Shown here: positions 38,201 to 43,939 of the stretch, one piece after another
Layout: each line of letters begins with the position of its first letter
Position numbering within the stretch: position 1 is the stretch's first letter
Origin: Priapulus caudatus
Taxonomy: Eukaryota
NCBI RefSeq assembly: GCF_000485595.1
Contig: NW_014577071.1
Coordinates: 402,140 to 446,078, forward strand
DNA: 43,939 bases
Direction: 5' to 3'
Made by a program: the position numbers and the translations under genes
Notes under the pieces: generated by a model
Told to the model about the DNA's origin: nothing
What the model saw: the letters and a program-made list of their open reading frames with translations, nothing else
Databases searched by the model: none

Positions 38201-41200
38201 AAATTCCTATCATCGTCCGCGTAACAAGATCCGACCACCGACAACGAAAGCAAATCTACAAGAGCAAGAGCAATCAGAGATATAGCAAACCTCCACCACA
38301 GCGTAACAGTCCCCCCCCCCCATCTTGCTCGTACACCCAATATAGTTTGATGAAATTTTCAGAAATTTGAAAAAAAAAAGATCCAGGATTTTTTTTAATG
38401 AATTTTGAATGCGTCCGAAGTCTTCCCGACAAAAAAAAAACTGGATCCGGATCACCACCAAAATCTAATCGATTCGTTCATGGCTCAAGACCAACCCGTC
38501 CAAAAAATTTCATCAAAATCCGTCAGTTACTTTTTGAGATATCCTGTTTACAGACAAACCAACAAACCAACAAACTAACAGGGGCGAGAATATAACCTCC
38601 TTGGCGGAGGTAATTATGAGACACGCGTAATTGCGCGTATATTAACTCATCTCGATAGCGTACCTTGTCAAACTCGCACATGTCGTTCAGGTAGGGTCCA
38701 TAGCCGGGCACCTCGTCGCGGGACACGATGGACACCTTGTACTTCGACGGCTTGTCTCGCTGATTGGGGCTGGCCTGCACGACGATGAAGGTGTGCAGGA
38801 AATGCGACTTGATGCATGCGGGAGAGAAGTCGGTGTCGTTCCCCTCGAGGAAGACGATGCAGACGATGTCGTTACCGATGTGACGCTTTCTCTGTAACTG
38901 TGGAGAGTCGGCTGTATGTTTATATTCCCGTATGATTATCAGGAGTGTATAATAATATATAGACTATAATATATATGCAGTGGAACCCCGATTTTACGCG
39001 CCCCGATTAAACGCGAATTCGGATATAACGCGATGAGTCGTTGGACCCCTTTTTTGCTCTTATATAGCCACGTATATATAACCCCGATTTAGCGCAAACC
39101 CGCTTTTTTCACGATGACATTTTATGGACCCCAAACCATCGCGTTATAACGGTGCTACACTGTATATATATAGTCTATATAAAAACTTGAAAAATGGTAC
39201 ACACTGCTTCTCTGCTTAGCATTCAGCAAATAGAGATAGTGTGGAAAGTTAACTCGCAGTGCTACCAGTGGACTAACCCCCCGGTGTAGTATTCACTGTA
39301 AAAGCAGCTGCGTGGCCTCGGGTTAAGGAAACGGAGATAGGCACCGCCCTATGCGCCACATATAGGCACGGGAAGGGATTTAACTAACTTTAACTATATT
39401 ATACGCTCCTGATTAGGTTGTGTAGAACAGCAGAAACGGAAGTTGAGACGGTTTCCCGCAAAAAAATATTTACGGCAGGTATACCGTGGTAGTGCATTAA
39501 ACAGAGAGGATTGGTGGCTTTAATTGTATTCCCGCAATAATCATTTATTTTATGTTCATCATCCTCGGTATTTTCTTTTAATTTCCTAGCTTTATGTTAA
39601 CTATATAAAAATGCAGTACCTATCACGACATTTAATAAATATACGCGACCGGTATAGGAACTTTATATGATATCAACACGTAGCGGAGATAAATTTGGTT
39701 TCGAATATCAGCTTACCTTCTGAACATCGTCTTTGTCGTGGGGAAGCAACGTCGAAACGTGAAACATCACCTCAATACCTCTCCAAAATGTATACATCGA
39801 ATGGGTTCCAGTGAGATTATGCAATGTGTCAAGCCCTCCTCTGTATCGATCGAACCCTAATTAGAAAAACAGAAAATGTTTGAACAATACACAAAAGCAA
39901 GGGCGAATATTTTGATTAGCGTTTTGCAGTTTACCTTCATGTTTTGACTAACGACATTGCTAACATAATAATAATAATAATAATCATTCATTCGTCTAAC
40001 GGTATTATATTCCGCTGGGAACTGAAACCGACGAAAATACCTTGCAGTTTTATTTTATCGCCAAGTAAATCCAGGAATTCTTCAAAAAGAGGACTGCCTC
40101 CACTGTTATCAAATATCTCCTCCTCTGTAGTCTGATCTTCCTTCATGTAAACGACGCCGACTTTTAATTCCGACTTTATAAAAACCTGCAAAAAACCGAC
40201 ATTCTGCACTTCACCATTTGACATCGTACAATCGTGCACGCGCGGACGAAAATGCGCACGCAAGCCAGCGTTCACGCCCGCCGTGAAGGGACACAAGCGC
40301 ACGCGTGCACGCACACACCCATGTAAAGGGCCGGACACACCAGGCGATGCCATCGGCCGATGATCGGCCGATTCCATCGGCCGATGGCATCGGCGTGAAA
40401 ATCGCCTGGTGTGTCCACTCAATCGCCGCCGATGCCATCGGCCGATGGCGTCGGCCGATGATCGGCCGATGGCATCGCACCCTGGCATCGCGCACAGATC
40501 AAAACGTTTTGATATTATCGCCCGATGGCATCGGCCTGGCATCGGCCTGGCATCGGCATCGCCTGGTGTGTCCACGACTGCCCGATGCCAGCCCGATGCC
40601 AGCCGCGATTTTACAAATTCATCAGCCAATCAGAGTTGTTCAATGATACTGACTTTCTCTCCTCTCTCTCTCTCATCGCACTGCGCGCGCAAGAACGGCG
40701 ATGCCATCGGCCGATGGCATCGCCTGGTGTGTCCACGACTGCGCGATGCGCATCGGCCCGATGATCGGCCGATGGCATCGCTGGTGTGTCACGACTGCGC
40801 GATGCCATCGGCCGATGGCGTCGGCCGATGGCATCGCCTGGCATCGCCTGTGTGTCCGGCCTTAATAGACACGCACGTACGCACACACACACGCACACAC
40901 ACGCACGCACGCGCGCACACACACGCACACACATACGCGCGCATATACACACATATACACACACACGCACACACGCACACACACGCACGCACGCACGCAC
41001 GTACGTACACACATACACACAAACGCACACACACACGCACGCCCGCGCGCACACACACGCACACACTTATACACACACGCGCGCACGCATGAGAAACTAC
41101 CCACTAGCAATAAAGCACCCGTACACGCATACACATTACCATCTACCTCATACGCAGACAATGAAACACGAATTTTCAAATATCGATGAATTTTCCTCCA

Positions 41201-43296
41201 CCTACGCAGGTTCTCTATCATAATATTGACATTGCATGTCGTTTATATAAATAGTCATTAGTATAGTATTTTGCGAAATCGTAAACACTATAGGGAATGT
41301 GACTCATCACCTCAGAATGACGTAAAATTCTTGGAGATTCTGACAATATCTCTGACGCTAAAATAACTATAATGGGAGGTAATCAGATAATAGTCAGTCA
41401 GGCAGGTAGGGGGGAGGGCTAGGTACGGGGGCGCTCCATGGAGGCGTCGGTGAATGAAGTGACGTGAGCATGGGTGTATGATGTATCAGGTAGCTGCGTG
41501 CAGGTAAGCGTGGGTGTTAAGATGGCAAATAGAAGTTGTTATGGTGTAGATTATCTCGCAATTAAGATAGTGCAGAATCCAGTTACTCCCCTAGCCCTCT
41601 ACTACTTACCAACTAGGCAACAACAGTTTCTTATGTACTCGTTATAATATTGACAGAAATAATGCATAAATTCCTTGTATGTTATTTAATGAAAATTTAT
41701 TCTGGCAATTCACGTATATATATATAATATATATATATAGATTCCAATGGGTGTTTATGAACTCGTGTGTCGAGCATAATTAATATATATGTATTGATTA
41801 TATGATAATAATTAATATATATAATATCTATATAATATATATATATGTAGTGTGTGTGTGTGTGTTGTCTGTGTGTGTCCGTGCGTGCCGTGGCGGCTGC
41901 GTGCGTGCGTGGTGCGTGCGTGCGTGTGTTGCGAGTATGTGTGTGATGTGTGTGTGTGTGTGTGTGTCGCTATGTGTGTGTGTGTTTGCGCGCGTGTGGG
42001 GGGGGGGCCGTGCGTGCGTGCGTGCGTGCTCGCGTTTGTGCGTCCGTGCGCGCGCGTGTTTATTACCTGGTCTAACTTTAGGAGATCCTCTGGAGTTGAA
42101 GGCAACCCTGCTAGTTTCAGCGGCGGGTAGACTCCGATTTCCTTTCCAAGAGATCGGACGACATCTTCTCGATCGTAACGATTAGCGAAGACACAAGCAG
42201 CGGGCACGAGTCCGTGAATCTGATAGGTAGACGTTCGCACCATAACCCTGAATCGACAACGACACTAGCGATGGATCGTTATCGACGCAGCCATTCCGCA
42301 TTCGTGAAAAATTTATGTTATTATGCCATAAATACGCCATGTGATATGTGCATTCCTCACATTATTTCGATCGGTAACTTTAATTCATTGTGATATGAGT
42401 TGATTATGATTATTTATTATATAACGAAGCAGATAGACGAATTATTTTTTTTATGAAGGGATGTCTAATTTATTAATAGACCTATCCACGAAATGAGAAA
42501 GAATAGTCCCGCAGGAGTAGGAGTAGTTTTCAATTTGCACAAGACAAAAATCCTTCAGTATCCTCGTGGAAATTAAACCATATCTGGCAATATGTGCTTC
42601 GCACTATTCGCTATTACAAGGAATATGGTTTCGAAGAGGAAATGTATACACTCCTCTCCTACACCGTTCTCCCATGACGTACCGGAATTGTTCCCGTCCG
42701 TTAATGCTCTCTTGTTTCAAGCTAAGAATGAGATTTCCGAGATCTTCGTCTGCCGTAAAATAGTTCCAATGCTGGACGCCATAGAAATACGTTCCGTATA
42801 TTTCCTGTTCGTGCGTCATCAATTCGAACGTTCCCGTTTCCGAATATAGATCCAGTGGCGTTCGTCGATTTTCGTACGCCTGTATCCTCGCCGTGTATGG
42901 GCATTCCACCCAATAACCATTAATCGGCTTAACTCCGTGGTAATGGCCAGGACAGGGCATGCCCGGACAGGCCTCGTTGGGCGTCGGAAATTGTAAAGAG
43001 GTTGAGCTTTTCCTTCGTGCGGCGAGAAACCCGAGAGCCTTGTTCTTAAACTCTCTGAGCTGGTGGAGAAAATCGCCATTCTCCAACATGAGCATGATTT
43101 CTGCGTGATGCTGCTCGCAGAAGAGGCGCCCATTGTACTGGTTCGTACCGGCAACCTGCTTGCCGTGACCATCGAGCAGACTTAGGGAGCAGCTACTGCA
43201 CTTGAAGCAATTTGCATGAAAGGCTTCACCGTTGAGCGTGATAACGCGCTGACTCTGGAACTCGACGGGCAAACTGCAGTCGCTGCAGACAGACAT
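33053..43296 (-). CDS. LIM-RapGAP-BTB-BACK multidomain protein (Rap1GAP-like), 13 coding exons, ~892 aa
   Basis: Exons 42683-43296, 42067-42247, 40041-40185, 39717-39856, 38664-38897, 37195-37367, 36702-36853, 36233-36378, 35800-35965, 35337-35416, 34452-34634, 33472-33733 and 33053-33255 all have GT-AG ends and compatible phases. They total 2679 nt with no internal stop. Motifs: LIM ([18 protein letters not shown]); RapGAP ([28 protein letters not shown]); BTB ([40 protein letters not shown]); BACK-like tail. Confidence 0.88.
33472..33733 (-). CDS. Coding exon 12 (BACK-like)
   Basis: [37 protein letters not shown]...[14 protein letters not shown]. Confidence 0.88.
34452..34634 (-). CDS. Coding exon 11 (BTB C-terminal half)
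   Basis: [61 protein letters not shown]. Confidence 0.9.
34660..34863. mobile_element. Degenerate MITE
   Basis: AGGGGCCGTAGCTAG ... TTAGCGAGGCCACTG imperfect TIRs. Confidence 0.45.
35337..35416 (-). CDS. Coding exon 10 (Ser/Thr-rich insertion)
   Basis: taatag|[35 protein letters not shown]|gtacg; this exon is needed to restore phase between exons 9 and 11. Confidence 0.7.
35596..35636. mobile_element. 41-bp palindromic insertion with 7-bp TSD
   Basis: ATAATAT|CAGGGGTTAATAAT...ATTATTAACCCCTG|ATAATAT. Confidence 0.55.
35800..35965 (-). CDS. Coding exon 9 (Ser/basic insertion within BTB)
   Basis: [55 protein letters not shown]|gtgagt. Confidence 0.78.
36233..36378 (-). CDS. Coding exon 8 (BTB)
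   Basis: [29 protein letters not shown]...NMLQ|gtatta. Confidence 0.88.
36702..36853 (-). CDS. Coding exon 7 (linker and BTB start)
   Basis: [52 protein letters not shown]; its phase joins the GAP exon directly to the BTB. Confidence 0.87.
37195..37367 (-). CDS. Coding exon 6 (RapGAP C-terminal helices)
   Basis: [40 protein letters not shown]...PQPYR; AG/GT flanks. Confidence 0.92.
37682..38180 (+). repeat. 61-bp minisatellite, ~8 units (intronic)
   Basis: CCAGAATGTGCTAGTTAAAACAATAATAGTTACGAGACGTGTTAGCTGTATGACTACCACT; the period is seen directly. Confidence 0.93.
38258..38614 (+). mobile_element. Helentron/HINE-like non-autonomous element
   Basis: 5' ACAAGAGC..AAACCTCCACCA; (AAAC/CCAA) microsatellite near the 3' end; terminal stem-loop ACCTCC-TTGGC-GGAGGT. 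Confidence 0.65.
38664..38897 (-). CDS. Coding exon 5 (RapGAP catalytic helix, Asn thumb)
   Basis: [41 protein letters not shown]...[11 protein letters not shown]; the Asn codon is at 38871-38873. Confidence 0.94.
38978..39162. mobile_element. Tc1/pogo(Tigger)-like MITE
   Basis: CAGTGGAACCCCGATTTTACGCG / CGCGTTATAACGGTGCTACACTG imperfect TIRs in a TA-rich site. Confidence 0.7.
39181..39395 (+). mobile_element. 5'-truncated SINE sharing its core with the SINE at 16641-16863
   Basis: AAACTTGAAAAATGGTACACACTGCTTCTCTGCTTAGCATTCAGCA..AGTGTGGAAA, then a different tail ending in TAACT repeats. Confidence 0.75.
39717..39856 (-). CDS. Coding exon 4 (RapGAP)
   Basis: [46 protein letters not shown]|gtaagc. 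Confidence 0.93.
40041..40185 (-). CDS. Coding exon 3 (RapGAP catalytic domain start)
   Basis: [53 protein letters not shown] flanks. Confidence 0.92.
40327..40862. mobile_element. PIF/Harbinger-like MITE with palindromic internal repeats
   Basis: TAA|AGGGCCGGACACAC ... GTGTGTCCGGCCT|TAA; the interior is built from GATGCCATCGGCCGATGGCATC palindromes. Confidence 0.75.
40868..41090 (+). repeat. CA/CACG microsatellite
   Basis: Direct inspection. Confidence 0.9.
41850..42058 (+). repeat. TG/TGCG microsatellite
   Basis: Direct inspection. Confidence 0.9.
42067..42247 (-). CDS. Coding exon 2 (RapGAP dimerisation region)
   Basis: ttcag|G GTT ATG...[16 protein letters not shown]...PEDLLKLDQ|gtaata; phases 2 and 0 fit the neighbours. 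Confidence 0.85.
42683..43296 (-). CDS. Coding exon 1: LIM domain and Rap1GAP N-terminal segment
   Basis: ATG at 43296 (MSVCSDC...). LIM Cys/His spacing is present. GYWVEC and [25 protein letters not shown] resemble the Rap1GAP N-terminus. Donor CG|GTACG. Confidence 0.85.
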
Positions 43297-43648
43297 CACT
43301 TGTTTTGGTATACCTAGTCTTCCAAGTAGACTATCTGAAACGTTATTGTTCCTACGTGTGAAGTCTATCTGCGATGAGAAAGACAGGTTGATTAACTTCA
43401 CGACGAAAGCCAGTACGCAGTGTAAGATATTGAGGGATTTGCATCTGCCCTACATAATCGGAACAACAACGCATGGCACGCGTTAATACAACCAACATAG
43501 GGTCGATAATTGCACGTCAGGGACGCATATATACACCACACTCGGTACATGAAGATACCTTATATCAATGATTGCTTTCGTTTCTTTCATTTTTAAATTG
43601 CCAGCGTTTCGTTTATTAAGTATAATATACATGGTAACATGTTCTTAC

Positions 43649-43740
43649 CTTAGAACCTTAGAAGCTGCGATGATGGCGAGTGCAGAAGCCGGTGTTAGGT
43701 GTGGCGAATAGTCCGTCGCAAATCAATACTCTCTTACAAT
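43649..43740 (-). other. Probable 5'UTR exon of the LIM-RapGAP-BTB gene (5' end approximate)
   Basis: Strong donor AAG|GTAAGA at 43649/43648. Candidate acceptors at 43368 or 43334. Either junction puts an in-frame TAA upstream of ATG 43296. Confidence 0.4.
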
Positions 43741-43882
43741 ATCTCATACAGCCGACGTGTACGCTACTGCGCAGCCGCGCACGCCATACGATTTCGCATT
43801 GGCTTGCGTGGGTGTACGTGGACGTGCATGGACACCTATTTCATCATTACCTCATCTCGCTACGAGGTCATGTAATCGCTCT

Positions 43883-43883
<1 letters not shown>

Positions 43884-43939
<56 letters not shown>
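43884..43939 (+). repeat. (GT)n microsatellite
   Basis: Perfect run to the window end. Confidence 0.95.

Noticed and set aside
40211..41223. Several overlapping 95-227 aa ORFs
   Set aside because: They arise from the palindromic MITE and CA repeats; only 40041-40185 nearby is a real exon.

Overview
Intron-rich invertebrate animal genomic DNA from a draft assembly with two N gaps; it is not prokaryotic. Every host gene found lies on the minus strand. (1) A complete 13-coding-exon gene (33053-43296, about 892 aa) with an unusual architecture: LIM domain, Rap1GAP-type GAP domain with intact Asn thumb, then a gprs-like BTB and BACK. This is the most notable feature. (2) A complete 7-exon arginine kinase gene (22920-25756, 356 aa) with a TATA box and polyA signals. 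(3) A decayed tandem paralog of that kinase (about 15267-16909), with one exon split by a tRNA-derived SINE. (4) The 5' exons of an ankyrin-repeat gene resembling TRPN/NompC (58-8458). This region is duplicated and full of indels, probably from uncorrected long-read gap filling. The rest is microsatellites, minisatellites, MITEs, Helentron-like elements, SINEs, a LINE fragment, an inverted-repeat element carrying a tRNA-like box pair plus (TTAGGG)n, and a set of very short palindromic insertions with 7-8 bp target-site duplications. Exon boundaries were derived by hand from GT-AG sites and phase consistency. Family assignments come from recalled motifs, not database searches.
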